From: Candidatus Woesebacteria bacterium GW2011_GWC1_42_9
GTDB taxonomy: Bacteria; Patescibacteriota; Microgenomatia; UBA8517
Assembly: GCA_000995185.1 (NCBI GenBank)
Contig: LCET01000001.1
Location: forward strand, 29,327 to 93,326
Reading direction: 5' to 3'
Length of the DNA: 64,000 nucleotides
The position numbers were made by a program, and so were the translations under genes. Positions within the stretch are counted from its first letter, which is position 1, and each line of letters opens with the position of its first letter. Below, piece by piece: positions 1-10,585 of the stretch. The notes beneath the pieces are model-generated. The model worked only from the letters and a program-made list of their open reading frames with translations. It was not told the DNA's origin and made no database searches.

Positions 1-1
1 T

Positions 2-817
2 TTGCTGACTTTTGGCATCCCATATCAGGTGAACACTCTTGTCGCAGTGGTAAAAGATGATGGAATCATAATAGTGCTTGGAAGATTGCTTGGACTTGAA
101 TCAATGGGGATACTAATCTGGGCACAGAAATGGGCACAAATGCCATTGCGGTTGTTTATGGATCATGTTACTAAAGTTACTTTTCCTGCGTTTTCGAGAA
201 TGCAGAACGAAAAAGAGCATCTATCCAGGAGTGTGACCAGGTCTATTTTTTTCATTTGTTTTTTGGTGTTTCCCGCTATAGCGGGGCTTTTAGTTACAGC
301 ACCAATATTAATACAGATCGTCCCGAGATATGAAAAATGGGCTCCAGCCCTGCTTCCTTTAAGCCTGATTTCTATAAATGTAGTGTTTGCGGCAGTTACA
401 ACCCAACTTACGAATCTACTAAATGCTACGGGAAGGATACGAACAACTTTTAAGTTAATGCTTATGTGGGCGAGCCTTACTTGGTTGATTGTGCCATATG
501 CCGCTATGAAATACGGAGTAGCGGGAGCAGCAGGCGGGTACGCCTTGGTTGGAGCAAGTTCTGTTATTGCAATAATTGTTGTTAAGAAGGTTGTGAACTT
601 TTCTCTTTGGGAAGGAGCAGGTAAGCCAGGATTATCAGCACTTGTGATGGGGATGGTTTTACTGTTTGCAAGAAACACATTAGACCCAAGCCTTCTATCA
701 TTTGTTATATTGGTTGTGATAGGAATTATTGCCTATGGATTTGTTATTTTTGCTCTCGCAAGGGGTGCACTGATTAATGATGTCAAAAAATTTACGAGCA
801 GTCTTTTTTCAAAATAG
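2..817 (+). CDS. Wzx-like polysaccharide flippase, C-terminal part (5' end lies upstream of the window)
   Basis: The ORF runs off the window start. It consists of repeated hydrophobic helices with short loops, typical of the C-terminal half of MOP/Wzx-type polysaccharide biosynthesis proteins. It sits next to glycosyltransferase genes. Confidence 0.55.
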   Translation: MLTFGIPYQVNTLVAVVKDDGIIIVLGRLLGLESMGILIWAQKWAQMPLRLFMDHVTKVTFPAFSRMQNEKEHLSRSVTRSIFFICFLVFPAIAGLLVTAPILIQIVPRYEKWAPALLPLSLISINVVFAAVTTQLTNLLNATGRIRTTFKLMLMWASLTWLIVPYAAMKYGVAGAAGGYALVGASSVIAIIVVKKVVNFSLWEGAGKPGLSALVMGMVLLFARNTLDPSLLSFVILVVIGIIAYGFVIFALARGALINDVKKFTSSLFSK

Positions 818-2435
818 GGCTGCCCTCATATTAATTGCGATTGGTTCTCTGAACTTAAGCCTGACAATGATAAAAAGTGGGCTAGTATATGATGACTTTG
901 GCATGGGATTTTGGGGGGCCAATGGACACGATGGTGTTTGGCATTTGGCTTTGATTAATCATCTTTCTCAAGGATCTCTGAGGCTACCAATTTATTACAA
1001 TGAAAACATTGTTAATTACCATATTGGTTTTGATTTACTTCTCGCTTTAATTTATAAAATTAGCACTATTCCCTCTCCAGTTTTATATTTTCAGATATTT
1101 CCCCCAGTTATAGCCGTGGCTTTAGGAATATCTTCTTATGTATTTGTATATTTATGGCAGAAGTCCAAAAGTGCGGCTTTATGGTCGACTTTCTTTATTT
1201 ATTTCGGCGGTAGTTGGGGTTGGATTATCACTTTAGTTAGGAGACAGGGCTTCGGTGGAGAGTCTATGTTTTGGTCGCAGCAATCTATCTCAACGCTTAT
1301 TAATCCCCCTTTTGCTTTGTCACTAGTGATGATATTCCTCGGATTAATTTTTTTTCTTAAAAGACGTTGGATGTTATCAATTATCGTGTTTGGCGTACTC
1401 ATACAAATAAAATCTTATGCTGGGGTGCTTTGTCTAGGCGGGCTATTGTTATCAGCAATATTTCACTATGTCAAAACTAAAGATAGTCAACTATTGATTA
1501 TGTTTATTGGGTCCTTAGTTGTTTCTATTTTAATTTCCTTCCCTCTCTACAATTATTCGGGAGGAGTATTTATTTACAAGCCCTTGTGGTTTTTGGAAAC
1601 AATGATGGGGTTATCGGATCGTTTTGGCTGGGCTCGGTTTGGAGAGGCAATGGTGAACTATAAATATGGAGGAGTTTGGATTAAAGCATTTATTGCCTAT
1701 TTGTTAGCGTTTTGTTTATTTATTGTGGGAAATTTAGGCACAAGATTAATCTTTTTGTTCAAAAAATGGGGCACAATCTCTTATATCGATGTCTTTATAT
1801 TAACAGTAATCATGGGGGGAATATTTACTCCCATGTTGTTTGTGCAAAAAGGAACTGCGTGGAATACGATCCAGTTTTTTTATTACTCATTGGTATTCGT
1901 CGGAGTTTACGCAGGTATTTCTGTAAATTCGATAAAGAATAAATACATGGGTATATTTATCATTTTGCTTACCCTGCCAACGACATTTGGTTCCTTGAAG
2001 CATTATCTCCCAGGCACTCCTCCCGCAGCATTGCCAAAAGAAGAGATTCAGGCACTAAAATTTTTGGCTAAAGAACCGGAAGGAGTTGTATTAACGTTTC
2101 CCTACGATCGGCTAAGTGTTAAACCAGAATCGCCTATCCCCCTTTATCGGTATGAGTCAACAGGCTATGTTGCCGCATTTAGCGGGAAGCAATTGTTTTT
2201 AGAAGATGAGATGAATCTAGATATTATTGGTTTTGATTGGCGCGCAAGGCGAGAAGCTGTGGAAGAGTTTTACTCAAGTCTTGATGAAGAATTTGTTAGA
2301 AACTTTTTGAAAGATAATGATATTGATTATGTTTATTGGGTAGATGGACAGCGGGCAACGCTTGGAGAAACTCAACTTGGCCTCGAGAGAATTTTTGAGA
2401 ACGCGAGAGTAGATATCTATAAGGTGATAAAATAG
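777..2435 (+). CDS. polytopic membrane protein of unknown function with a C-terminal soluble domain (possible glycan polymerase or GT-C-like)
   Basis: A 552 aa ORF with about 10 or more hydrophobic segments over the N-terminal 400 aa and a hydrophilic C-terminal domain of about 150 aa. I recognise no catalytic motif. Context is a glycan cluster. Confidence 0.45.
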   Translation: MMSKNLRAVFFQNRAALILIAIGSLNLSLTMIKSGLVYDDFGMGFWGANGHDGVWHLALINHLSQGSLRLPIYYNENIVNYHIGFDLLLALIYKISTIPSPVLYFQIFPPVIAVALGISSYVFVYLWQKSKSAALWSTFFIYFGGSWGWIITLVRRQGFGGESMFWSQQSISTLINPPFALSLVMIFLGLIFFLKRRWMLSIIVFGVLIQIKSYAGVLCLGGLLLSAIFHYVKTKDSQLLIMFIGSLVVSILISFPLYNYSGGVFIYKPLWFLETMMGLSDRFGWARFGEAMVNYKYGGVWIKAFIAYLLAFCLFIVGNLGTRLIFLFKKWGTISYIDVFILTVIMGGIFTPMLFVQKGTAWNTIQFFYYSLVFVGVYAGISVNSIKNKYMGIFIILLTLPTTFGSLKHYLPGTPPAALPKEEIQALKFLAKEPEGVVLTFPYDRLSVKPESPIPLYRYESTGYVAAFSGKQLFLEDEMNLDIIGFDWRARREAVEEFYSSLDEEFVRNFLKDNDIDYVYWVDGQRATLGETQLGLERIFENARVDIYKVIK

Positions 2436-2439
2436 AGGG

Positions 2440-3339
2440 ATGAATGGGATTTCAGTGGTAATCAACACGTTGAATGAAGAGGAAAACCTTCCTTTGGCAT
2501 TGGGGTCGATAAAAGAGATTGCAGATGAAATTATTGTGGTTGATATGCAATCTGAGGATAAAACGAGAATTGTTGCAAAAAAAGCCGGTGCGAAAGTATT
2601 TGGTTTCAAGCGCATGGGTTATGTAGAACCAGCAAGGAACTTCGCGATTTCAAAGGCAACCAAGAAGTGGGTTTTGATATTAGATGCTGACGAGGAAATT
2701 CCTTCGTCTCTCTCGCGTAAACTTGTTAATCTCACAAGAGAGACTGAGTATAGTTATTTTAGTATTCCTAGGAAAAATATTATTTTTGGAAAATGGATCA
2801 AGCGGTCGAATTGGTGGCCTGATTATAATATCCGCTTCTTTAAAAAGGGCGCGGTCGATTGGGGAGACGAGATACATTCAGTTCCGGTAACTGTGGGTAA
2901 GGGCATAGATCTTGAAGCCAGGGAACAAAACGCGATCGTTCATCATAATTATCAAACGGTTGAACAATATGTCGAAAGAATGAATCGTTACACATCTATC
3001 CAAGCAAAAGAAAAATATAAGGAAGGAGACAGGTTTAGCTGGAAGGATTTGATTATAAGACCTGTCAACGAATTTAATAGTCGTTATTTCGCAGGGTATG
3101 GATATGAAGATGGAGTTCATGGTCTGGCCCTATCTGGCTTGCAAGCGTTTTCTGAGCTTGTTTTGTATATAAAATTATGGCAGTTTAGTAAATTTGACAG
3201 ACAGAAAGTAAGTACAAAGGAGATAGAGATTGAGATGAGGGCTTCGCATAAAGAGATTGCTTTTTGGGCCCAGGACATGTTGGTAAAAACTGGAGGAGGA
3301 TTAATCTCCAGATTAAAACGAAAATTTAAAGTCATCTAA
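2440..3339 (+). CDS. family 2 glycosyltransferase (WaaE/KdtX-like)
   Basis: N-terminal 'VVINTLNEEENL...IIVVDMQSEDKT' and 'ILDADEEIP' (DxD-type motif), typical of GT-A-fold GT2 enzymes. Confidence 0.8.
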   Translation: MNGISVVINTLNEEENLPLALGSIKEIADEIIVVDMQSEDKTRIVAKKAGAKVFGFKRMGYVEPARNFAISKATKKWVLILDADEEIPSSLSRKLVNLTRETEYSYFSIPRKNIIFGKWIKRSNWWPDYNIRFFKKGAVDWGDEIHSVPVTVGKGIDLEAREQNAIVHHNYQTVEQYVERMNRYTSIQAKEKYKEGDRFSWKDLIIRPVNEFNSRYFAGYGYEDGVHGLALSGLQAFSELVLYIKLWQFSKFDRQKVSTKEIEIEMRASHKEIAFWAQDMLVKTGGGLISRLKRKFKVI

Positions 3340-4256
3340 TGACAAAAGTCTTCATAATAGTATTAAATTGGAAAGGAAAGAAAGATACATTGGATTGTTT
3401 GAAATCGATCAGTAAATTAAACACAAGGGAAATAGAATTAACTACTATAGTTGTTGATAATGCTTCAGCTGACGGCTCCGTTGAGGAAATCAGTAGATTT
3501 GAAGTGGGTAAGGGTAAAATGATCGTGATAGAGAACGACGCAAATCTAGGTTTTTCGGGGGGAAATAATGTTGGAATAAAATATTCCTTAGAGAATGATG
3601 CGGACTATGTCTTAGTAGTGAATAATGACATTGTTCTTGATCATTTATCTCTAATTCAATTAATCAAAGTATTTGAAAATAGTGATAAAATAGGCGCCGT
3701 CTCTCCGATAATTTTTTTCTTTAAGGGCTACGAATATCACAAGAGACGGTACATGAAGAGTGAGTTGGGGAAAGTGGTTTGGTCTGCTGGCGGGAAAATA
3801 GACTGGAAAAATGTTTATGCCCAAAATTTTGGTGTTGACGAGGTGGATCATGGGCAGTTTATTGAGGAGGAGACTGAGTTTGCAACTGGTGCTTGTGTGT
3901 TATACAAAGCAAATATCTTGAAAAAGATAGGGATGTTTGATGAAAAATACTTTTTATATTTTGAAGATACAGATTTATCTATGAGGATCAAAAAAGGTGG
4001 TTATAAAATATTATTTACACCAAATGCTAAAGTTTGGCACAAAGTAGCTCAAAGCTCAGGAATAGGGAGCAATTTAAATGATTATTATACCACTCGCAAT
4101 AGGATGATATTTGGGATGAAATATGCGTCTATGCGTACAAAAATTGCTCTAATTAGAGAAAGTATTTCGTTGTTTTTACATGGTAGAAATTGGCAGAGGG
4201 TTGGAGTAAGGGATTATTATTTAAGACGGTTTTATCAAGGATCATGGCAAAGTTGA
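3339..4256 (+). CDS. family 2 glycosyltransferase (WbbL/rhamnosyltransferase-like)
   Basis: 'IIVLNWKGKKDTLDCLKS...VVDNASADGS' N-terminus plus an 'FEDTDL' motif, a classic GT2 signature. The start overlaps the upstream stop (TAATG). Confidence 0.8.
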   Translation: MTKVFIIVLNWKGKKDTLDCLKSISKLNTREIELTTIVVDNASADGSVEEISRFEVGKGKMIVIENDANLGFSGGNNVGIKYSLENDADYVLVVNNDIVLDHLSLIQLIKVFENSDKIGAVSPIIFFFKGYEYHKRRYMKSELGKVVWSAGGKIDWKNVYAQNFGVDEVDHGQFIEEETEFATGACVLYKANILKKIGMFDEKYFLYFEDTDLSMRIKKGGYKILFTPNAKVWHKVAQSSGIGSNLNDYYTTRNRMIFGMKYASMRTKIALIRESISLFLHGRNWQRVGVRDYYLRRFYQGSWQS

Positions 4257-5017
4257 GCGCAATTGTTATCACAAAGAATGAAGAGTTGATGATCGAAGAT
4301 TGTTTGAAATCGCTCGCGTGGGCTGACGAGATAGTCTTAGTGGATGATCATTCAGAGGATAAGACAGTAAAGATTGCCAAAAAATTTGGAGCAAGGGTGG
4401 TTTTACCCCTTAAAAATAATTCTATGGATTACTCTTTGCCGAGGAATCTTGGATTAGCAAAAGCAAATAATGACTGGGTATTGTACGTGGATGCTGATGA
4501 GCGAGTTACTAGTGATCTCTCGAAAGAAATCCAGAAGGTAATTTCAGATCCGGGATATAATTACTATGCGGTCCCACGTAAAAATATAGTACTTGGGAGG
4601 GAACTGAAACATGGAGGGATGTACCCCGATTATGTAAAAAGATTATTCAAAAAAAAACACCTTAAAGGGTGGAAGGGAAAACTCCATGAAGAACCAAATA
4701 TTATTGGAGAAATAGGGCATCTTGGGTCTGCCTTGGTTCATATAAAGCACGAAACCTTGTCTGAGATGGTTGAAAAAACTAATAAATGGAGTGTAATCGA
4801 GGCAAGATTAATGTATGACGCGAAACATCCCCAAATGAATATCCCTAGATTTGTGACTGCGATGGCAAGAGAATTTTGGAAAAGAATGGTAAGGCACGTA
4901 GCGTTTTTGGACGGCACAATAGGAATTATTTATGCGATGTATCAGGTTTTTAGTCGATTTGTGAGTTATTCAAAATTGTGGGAAATGCAAGTTAAGAATG
5001 AGAGCGGCAATTTATAA
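4244..5017 (+). CDS. family 2 glycosyltransferase
   Basis: 'LSAIVITKNEELMIEDCLKSL..DEIVLVDDHSEDKT' and 'YVDADERV'. The ATG at 4244 (MAKLSAIV) gives a typical GT2 N-terminus. The longer ORF starting at 4190 overlaps the upstream gene more heavily. Confidence 0.75.
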   Translation: MAKLSAIVITKNEELMIEDCLKSLAWADEIVLVDDHSEDKTVKIAKKFGARVVLPLKNNSMDYSLPRNLGLAKANNDWVLYVDADERVTSDLSKEIQKVISDPGYNYYAVPRKNIVLGRELKHGGMYPDYVKRLFKKKHLKGWKGKLHEEPNIIGEIGHLGSALVHIKHETLSEMVEKTNKWSVIEARLMYDAKHPQMNIPRFVTAMAREFWKRMVRHVAFLDGTIGIIYAMYQVFSRFVSYSKLWEMQVKNESGNL

Positions 5018-6020
5018 TCCATATTTAGACACTCTCGGAGGTGGGGAGCTATATACAATGAGCGTTGCCCGCTTATTGTTAGAGAGAGGGTATGTAGTCG
5101 ATGTTCAGTGGCGCGATGTAGATATTAAGAAGAGGATCGAAGATAGATTTAACTTGAAGCTTAAGGAAATCAAGATAGTTAACAATATAAATCGAGGAGA
5201 TGGTTATGATCTTTGTTTTTGGCTTTCGGACGGAAGTATCCCCATTCTCCGATCAAGAAATAACATTCTCCATTTTCAATTTCCATTTAAAAATGTTGGA
5301 GGACGCACGTTAATTAATAAAATGAAGCTTGCCAGGATAAGGCATATTGTATGCAATTCTAATTTTACTAAAAGTCATATCGATAAAGAGTACAGTGTAA
5401 ATAGTACCGTAATATATCCTCCTGTAAATACATCTAAATTTAAGCCGAGTAAAAAAGAAAATGTAATTTTTTATTTGGGCAGATTTTCTAATCTAGCGCA
5501 GCAGAAAAGACAAGATATTTTGGTTGAAGTATTTAAGAAATTTTCTAGGAAAAATCCCGGATGGAGACTAGTTCTTGCAGGCGGTGCAGAAGTGGGTGCA
5601 AAAGAGTTTCTGGAGAAGCTTAAAAAAAGATCTGTAGGATTTAACATTGAGATTCTCGAAAGTCCGGATTTCCGTGAAGTTAAAAGACTTTATGGGGTTT
5701 CAAAATTTTTTTGGAGTGCCGCTGGATATGGTGTAGATCTTGAATCTCATCCGGAGAAAGTTGAACATTTTGGAATCTCAGTTGTTGAAGCGATGGCATC
5801 TGGTTGTGTCCCGGTAGTATTTAGCGCGGGTGGATATAAGGAGATCATTGAGGATAGTATTAATGGATATCTCTGGTCTAAAAAAAAGGAGCTGTTGACT
5901 AAAACACAAAATTTTTTATATGATCCGAAACTCTGGCGAAAAATGAGTATTGCTGGGAGAAAAGACAGTGGAAAATATAGTTATGAAGAGTTTGCTAAAA
6001 ACTTCAAGAGTCTTCTTTAG
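4998..6020 (+). CDS. family 4 glycosyltransferase (GT-B fold, Glycos_transf_1)
   Basis: C-terminal 'FGISVVEAMASGCVPVV' (EX7E-like region) and a 'FYLGRFS...K' linker, typical of GT4. Confidence 0.8.
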   Translation: MRAAIYNPYLDTLGGGELYTMSVARLLLERGYVVDVQWRDVDIKKRIEDRFNLKLKEIKIVNNINRGDGYDLCFWLSDGSIPILRSRNNILHFQFPFKNVGGRTLINKMKLARIRHIVCNSNFTKSHIDKEYSVNSTVIYPPVNTSKFKPSKKENVIFYLGRFSNLAQQKRQDILVEVFKKFSRKNPGWRLVLAGGAEVGAKEFLEKLKKRSVGFNIEILESPDFREVKRLYGVSKFFWSAAGYGVDLESHPEKVEHFGISVVEAMASGCVPVVFSAGGYKEIIEDSINGYLWSKKKELLTKTQNFLYDPKLWRKMSIAGRKDSGKYSYEEFAKNFKSLL

Positions 6021-8412
6021 TTTAGCTATTAAGAATTGGCCAGTATTGCTAATAATTGCTGTTGTTTCTGTGTTTTTTTGGAAAGTGTTTATCTTGGGAT
6101 TTATTCCTTTACCGGGTGACTTTGTGGTTGGAGTATATTATCCATGGCTTGATTACCATTGGGGTTACTCGGTGGGCGTCCCGGTTAAAAATCCGATAAC
6201 AACAGATGTGATATCGCTTATCTATCCGGAGCAAATGCTTGCAATCGACATGATGAAGTCTGGTCAATTGCCCCTTTGGAATCCGTACATTTTGGCAGGA
6301 ACCCCACTCTTTGCGAATTTACAGGCTGCACCTTTTTCTCCAACAAATTTTGTCTATTTATTGGGCGATAAATTAACTGCTTGGAGTATTCAAATTATAC
6401 TTCAGCATTTCTTGACAGGATTTTTTATGTTTCTCTTACTAAGAAGATGGAAGGTGTCCGAGTTCGCATCGGTCCTGGGGAGTGTGGTTTTTGCCTTTTC
6501 CGGCTTTAATATGATTTTTTCCCAATGGAACGGGCACACTCTTTCTTCAGCATTTATTCCATTATCAATTTTATTAACGGATAAATTATTTAAAGAGGAG
6601 AGTTTCTCCAGTTTGGTAGGGCTATCGATTGTTTTGGTGCTACAACTCTTCTCAGGATATCCTCAAACAAGTTTGTATACAGTGGCCGCGATAGGTGTTT
6701 ACTGGCTGGTTCTCTCTTTTTTTAGTAGAAAAAATCTGATCAGGAAGAGTTTTTTGTTGATAGCTTCAGGAATGTTTGCTCTTGGCCTGGCTGCTATTCA
6801 ATTATTGCCTGCTGTGGAGCTATGGAAATTATCCCAGAGAGGATTTGAGCCGCATCCTTTTGAGTGGGCATTTCTCCCTTGGGAAAAAGTAATAACGATA
6901 GTGGCACCGGACTTCTTTGGTAATCACGCGACTGCAAATTATTGGGGGCCTCAGGATTACACGAGTAATACCGCCTATATTGGAGTAATCAGTCTGACAT
7001 TTTCACTTCTGGCGTTAAATTTGATAAGAAAGAATAGGAATATATTGTATTTGTTCCTAATATCATTCTTTTCATTGATAATGTCGTTCCCTACTCCGTT
7101 GTCAGTTTTTTTATGGAATGAAAATATCTTAGGGATGAGAGCCGCGTCAGCTCATAGAATAACAGTAATTTTTACTTTTTCGGCCTCTGCTTTGGCTGCT
7201 TATGGAGCTGAATATTTCATCAAAACAAAAAATCTTAAAATTAAACTTACTTTAATTGTAATTTGGATGTTGATCGGCGGATTTTTTCTGTTTTCTTTGT
7301 ACTTATATATGGGAACTTTTGGGAGCGAGCAATTTTACTTGAGAGGAATTCCAAAATATAAGGTTGCAATTCGGAATCTGATACTGCCCCAGATGCTTCT
7401 TTTGTTCACTACTTTTTCTTTATTGATCTCGCAAAGATTTAGATTTCTGCGCAGAGCAGTTTTGGTGGTTCTATTTGTATTAATGGTCTTTGAGTTTTAT
7501 AGATTTGGCTGGAAATTTACTCCGTTTACCCCTCGCCGTTTAGCCTACCCAAACACCCCTGTTTTGGAATACTTGATGTCCCAGGAAGGACCTTCTAGGA
7601 TAACTGGTAATAGTGTCATCCCTGTTAATATAAGGACACCTTATAAGCTTCAGTCCCTGGAAGGTTATGAGACAATTCATCCCTTAAGGATTTCACAATT
7701 TTTGGCTGCTCTCAACAGTAATAAAAGTGGCGCCCAACCGCTTGGAAGATTTGGAATGGTAGATAATGACACCTCTCGTCTCCTTGAATTAACAAATACC
7801 AAATATCACCTTGCACTGAAGCGTGATTTGAAGGGTAACCCAGATGTAAATGGGCAGATTGGGTCGAAATTTACTCCTGATCGTTTTAAAGTTGTTTTTG
7901 AAGATAGATCGACCTCAGTTTTAGAAAATGTTAGGGCACTTCCAAGGGGATTCATGGTTTATGAGTGGGAGATTATCGATGATGGACAAAAAATCATAAA
8001 CGCTTTATTGGATTTAGATTATCCTTTTGAATCAAAAATCATCCTGGAATCGCCAATTAAAATGGAGCAGTTTATTGGAGATGCACCGAGAAACGAGGTT
8101 AAGTTTATTTATTATAGAGAACAAGAAAGTCTCATTGCGATAAACACAAAAGAGGAGGGATTATTATTTGTTTCTGATGCATATTTCCCTGGGTGGAAAG
8201 CATATCTTGATAATAAAGAAGTTGATGTTTATCGTGCTGATTTTGCGTTTCGAGCAGTGAGAGTGCCTTCGGGAAATCACTTTGTTCGCTTTGTTTATCG
8301 ACCGAATTCTTTTTTGATTGGGGCAGGCATTTCTGCGGCTACATTAATAGGTTTGCTTCTGAGCCCTGTGGCGGCGAGGCTACTGAGAAGATATACTAAA
8401 GCGGAGATATGA
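5983..8412 (+). CDS. YfhO-family GT-C membrane glycosyltransferase
   Basis: About 810 aa. The polytopic N-terminal 500 aa contain 'YYPWLDYHWGY...PLWNPYILAGTPLFANLQA' and are followed by a soluble domain and a terminal TM helix. This architecture and size match bacterial YfhO proteins. The start is ambiguous (ATG at 5950 or 5983). Confidence 0.6.
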   Translation: MKSLLKTSRVFFSLAIKNWPVLLIIAVVSVFFWKVFILGFIPLPGDFVVGVYYPWLDYHWGYSVGVPVKNPITTDVISLIYPEQMLAIDMMKSGQLPLWNPYILAGTPLFANLQAAPFSPTNFVYLLGDKLTAWSIQIILQHFLTGFFMFLLLRRWKVSEFASVLGSVVFAFSGFNMIFSQWNGHTLSSAFIPLSILLTDKLFKEESFSSLVGLSIVLVLQLFSGYPQTSLYTVAAIGVYWLVLSFFSRKNLIRKSFLLIASGMFALGLAAIQLLPAVELWKLSQRGFEPHPFEWAFLPWEKVITIVAPDFFGNHATANYWGPQDYTSNTAYIGVISLTFSLLALNLIRKNRNILYLFLISFFSLIMSFPTPLSVFLWNENILGMRAASAHRITVIFTFSASALAAYGAEYFIKTKNLKIKLTLIVIWMLIGGFFLFSLYLYMGTFGSEQFYLRGIPKYKVAIRNLILPQMLLLFTTFSLLISQRFRFLRRAVLVVLFVLMVFEFYRFGWKFTPFTPRRLAYPNTPVLEYLMSQEGPSRITGNSVIPVNIRTPYKLQSLEGYETIHPLRISQFLAALNSNKSGAQPLGRFGMVDNDTSRLLELTNTKYHLALKRDLKGNPDVNGQIGSKFTPDRFKVVFEDRSTSVLENVRALPRGFMVYEWEIIDDGQKIINALLDLDYPFESKIILESPIKMEQFIGDAPRNEVKFIYYREQESLIAINTKEEGLLFVSDAYFPGWKAYLDNKEVDVYRADFAFRAVRVPSGNHFVRFVYRPNSFLIGAGISAATLIGLLLSPVAARLLRRYTKAEI

Positions 8413-9926
8413 ATAGAAAAATCGTTTTTATGCTGTTTGTCGTTTTTGGTTTTGGATATTTTTTGAGGGTGATGTATCTTCCCAGGCTAGCACTCACTTT
8501 TGGATACGATCAAGCGCGAGACGCATATGTCACACAGCAAATACTTTCAGGTGATTTAAAAATATTAGGGCCGCCAGCTTCAACACAGGGGTTGTACCAC
8601 GGAGTGTTTTATTATTATCTTTTGGCTCCAGCTTATTTTCTTGGGAAGGGAAGTCCTGTTGTGGCTGCTTACTGGATAGCACTTGTAAATAGCCTTACTA
8701 TCCTAGTAGTTTTTTCCTTGGGATTTTTAATGACAAGAAAAATTGGAACGGCTCTACTGTCCGCTTTTTTATATGCAATCTCATTTGAGGCTACTCAATA
8801 TGCAGTATGGCTCTCAAATCCGACAATTGCCGCGTTCTTTGTGCCCCTTTCTTATTTAGGTTTGTGGTTGTGGACAAAAGAGGGTAAAGGTTGGGGTGTT
8901 ATACTGGCCGGTGTTGGACTTGGATTATCAATCCAAGCCGAGGTCTTTCTTCTTTATCATATTGTCCCATTTACAATATGGCTCTTAATAAGAAAAGAAC
9001 AGTTGAATTTTAGGAGTTTGGTTAATTTTTTTGTTGCATTATTTTTCTCACTCCTCACCATGATTATTGCTGAAGTAAAGTTCGGATTTCGCGGAATTAT
9101 TGGAGCAAGTTCTCTTTTTGCTTCTCAAGAGGGGGCAGGTGTGGCCAAAGGACTCGGTGATATATTAGTTCTTTTCTTTAATCAAATTGGAAAGGTGTTT
9201 GCATTCTCGACTTATCCAGGCAATGTTGGATATGGTGGAATATTTGTAATTGTCCTTATTGCATTAACAATCGCCAGCTTAAGGAAAGGAAAAAGTGATA
9301 CATGGCGTTTGTTTTTATTATGTTGGTTGCTAAGTCATCTCACTGTCGTGTCGGTGGGTGGAACTAGTACGCCTTTTTTATTGGTCGGCATAGGTCCAGC
9401 TGTGTGTCTTCTTGTGGGGATAAACATTAGCGAATGGTGGGAGAAAGGGTATAGGCTGTTGGGCCTCGCCGTCTTGTTAATAATTATTTTTGGAAATATT
9501 TCTATGATTAGAAAAGAAAATGTACGGGGTCAAACTATTTTTGCTATACAAAAGGATATGATTTTATCAAAGCAATTATCTGCGATAGATTATACCTACG
9601 AAAGTGCGAAGGGAAATGAATTTAGTATTAATTCACTAACGAGTCCGATGTGGATAAATATTGTCTGGACTTATCTTTATAATTGGTATGGTGAGCCGCT
9701 GTATGGATATGTTCCCTATTGGCACGGGAGAGGGCAAGAAGGGCAACTTTCTAGCCTCAATATATCTGATCATGAGGTGAGCGATTATTATTTGGTAATT
9801 GAGCCAATGGCCGGGATTCCTTTGCGTTATTTACAAGAAACTATCGATATTGAAGATTCTTACTCCAAAATGATAGAAGAGAAGTATTTTGGGGAAATTA
9901 GAATACAAAAAAGAATTAAACAATGA
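8409..9926 (+). CDS. GT-C fold membrane glycosyltransferase, PMT_2/ArnT-like
   Basis: Polytopic 505 aa protein. Its first loop 'FGYDQARDAYV...LGPPASTQGLYHGVFYYYL' resembles PMT_2-family transferases. The start overlaps the upstream stop (ATGA). Confidence 0.5.
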   Translation: MNRKIVFMLFVVFGFGYFLRVMYLPRLALTFGYDQARDAYVTQQILSGDLKILGPPASTQGLYHGVFYYYLLAPAYFLGKGSPVVAAYWIALVNSLTILVVFSLGFLMTRKIGTALLSAFLYAISFEATQYAVWLSNPTIAAFFVPLSYLGLWLWTKEGKGWGVILAGVGLGLSIQAEVFLLYHIVPFTIWLLIRKEQLNFRSLVNFFVALFFSLLTMIIAEVKFGFRGIIGASSLFASQEGAGVAKGLGDILVLFFNQIGKVFAFSTYPGNVGYGGIFVIVLIALTIASLRKGKSDTWRLFLLCWLLSHLTVVSVGGTSTPFLLVGIGPAVCLLVGINISEWWEKGYRLLGLAVLLIIIFGNISMIRKENVRGQTIFAIQKDMILSKQLSAIDYTYESAKGNEFSINSLTSPMWINIVWTYLYNWYGEPLYGYVPYWHGRGQEGQLSSLNISDHEVSDYYLVIEPMAGIPLRYLQETIDIEDSYSKMIEEKYFGEIRIQKRIKQ

Positions 9927-10585
9927 AAGTAATAGATAAAAGCACACAGTCAGCTTCGGATTTACATAGAAACGTTCCGCCTGATTGGTATTTCCGATCT
10001 ATTAAAAGGAATATGGGGCAACGTTTTTGGCACAACACTCGTTTTAAAGAGGTTGAAAAATCTACTGATAAAGTTGAAGGATATATTCTTGATATTGGTT
10101 GTGCTGATGGGGTGTTCACAAAAATTATATTGGATGTGTCAGGAGCGAAGGAGATAATCGGGATCGACGTTCTTAAGGGTTCAATTGATTGGGCGAAAAG
10201 GCACTGGAGAAGAAATCGAAAGATGCGATTTAAACTAGGAAATGCACACAGATTAGGTTTTAGTGCAAATACTTTTGATGCAGTTTTTGCATTAGAGATA
10301 TTGGAACATGTCCCTGAACCAAAGGTTGTATTAAAAGAGATAAAAAGGGTTTTGAAAAAAAGTGGTTATGCGATATTTTTGGTGCCAACAGATAATGGGC
10401 TTTTTAAATTTATTTGGTTTTTTTGGACTAAATTTGGTCCGGGACATATATGGAATGATTGTCATATCCAATCGTATAGAGATGGTTCACTAGAGAAAGT
10501 GTCGCAAGATGTTGGTTTTAAAATAGAAGAAAATAGGAAATTTTTGTTTGATATGCTTCAAATAATTAAAGTAAGAAAAACATGA
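9923..10585 (+). CDS. class I SAM-dependent methyltransferase
   Basis: Motif I 'ILDIGCADGVF' and post-I 'ALEILEHVPEP' (Methyltransf_11-like). Confidence 0.75.
   Translation: MKVIDKSTQSASDLHRNVPPDWYFRSIKRNMGQRFWHNTRFKEVEKSTDKVEGYILDIGCADGVFTKIILDVSGAKEIIGIDVLKGSIDWAKRHWRRNRKMRFKLGNAHRLGFSANTFDAVFALEILEHVPEPKVVLKEIKRVLKKSGYAIFLVPTDNGLFKFIWFFWTKFGPGHIWNDCHIQSYRDGSLEKVSQDVGFKIEENRKFLFDMLQIIKVRKT

Noticed and set aside
163-678. 171 aa minus-strand ORF, with many similar 60-110 aa antisense or nested ORFs in the track (e.g. 1199..1402, 2274..2615, 13942..14274, 28872..29213, 41714..42043, 48649..48927)
   Set aside because: All lie entirely inside much longer ORFs with clear family signatures. Their composition is low-complexity or shadow-frame-like and none carries a recognisable motif. 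I treat them as spurious.
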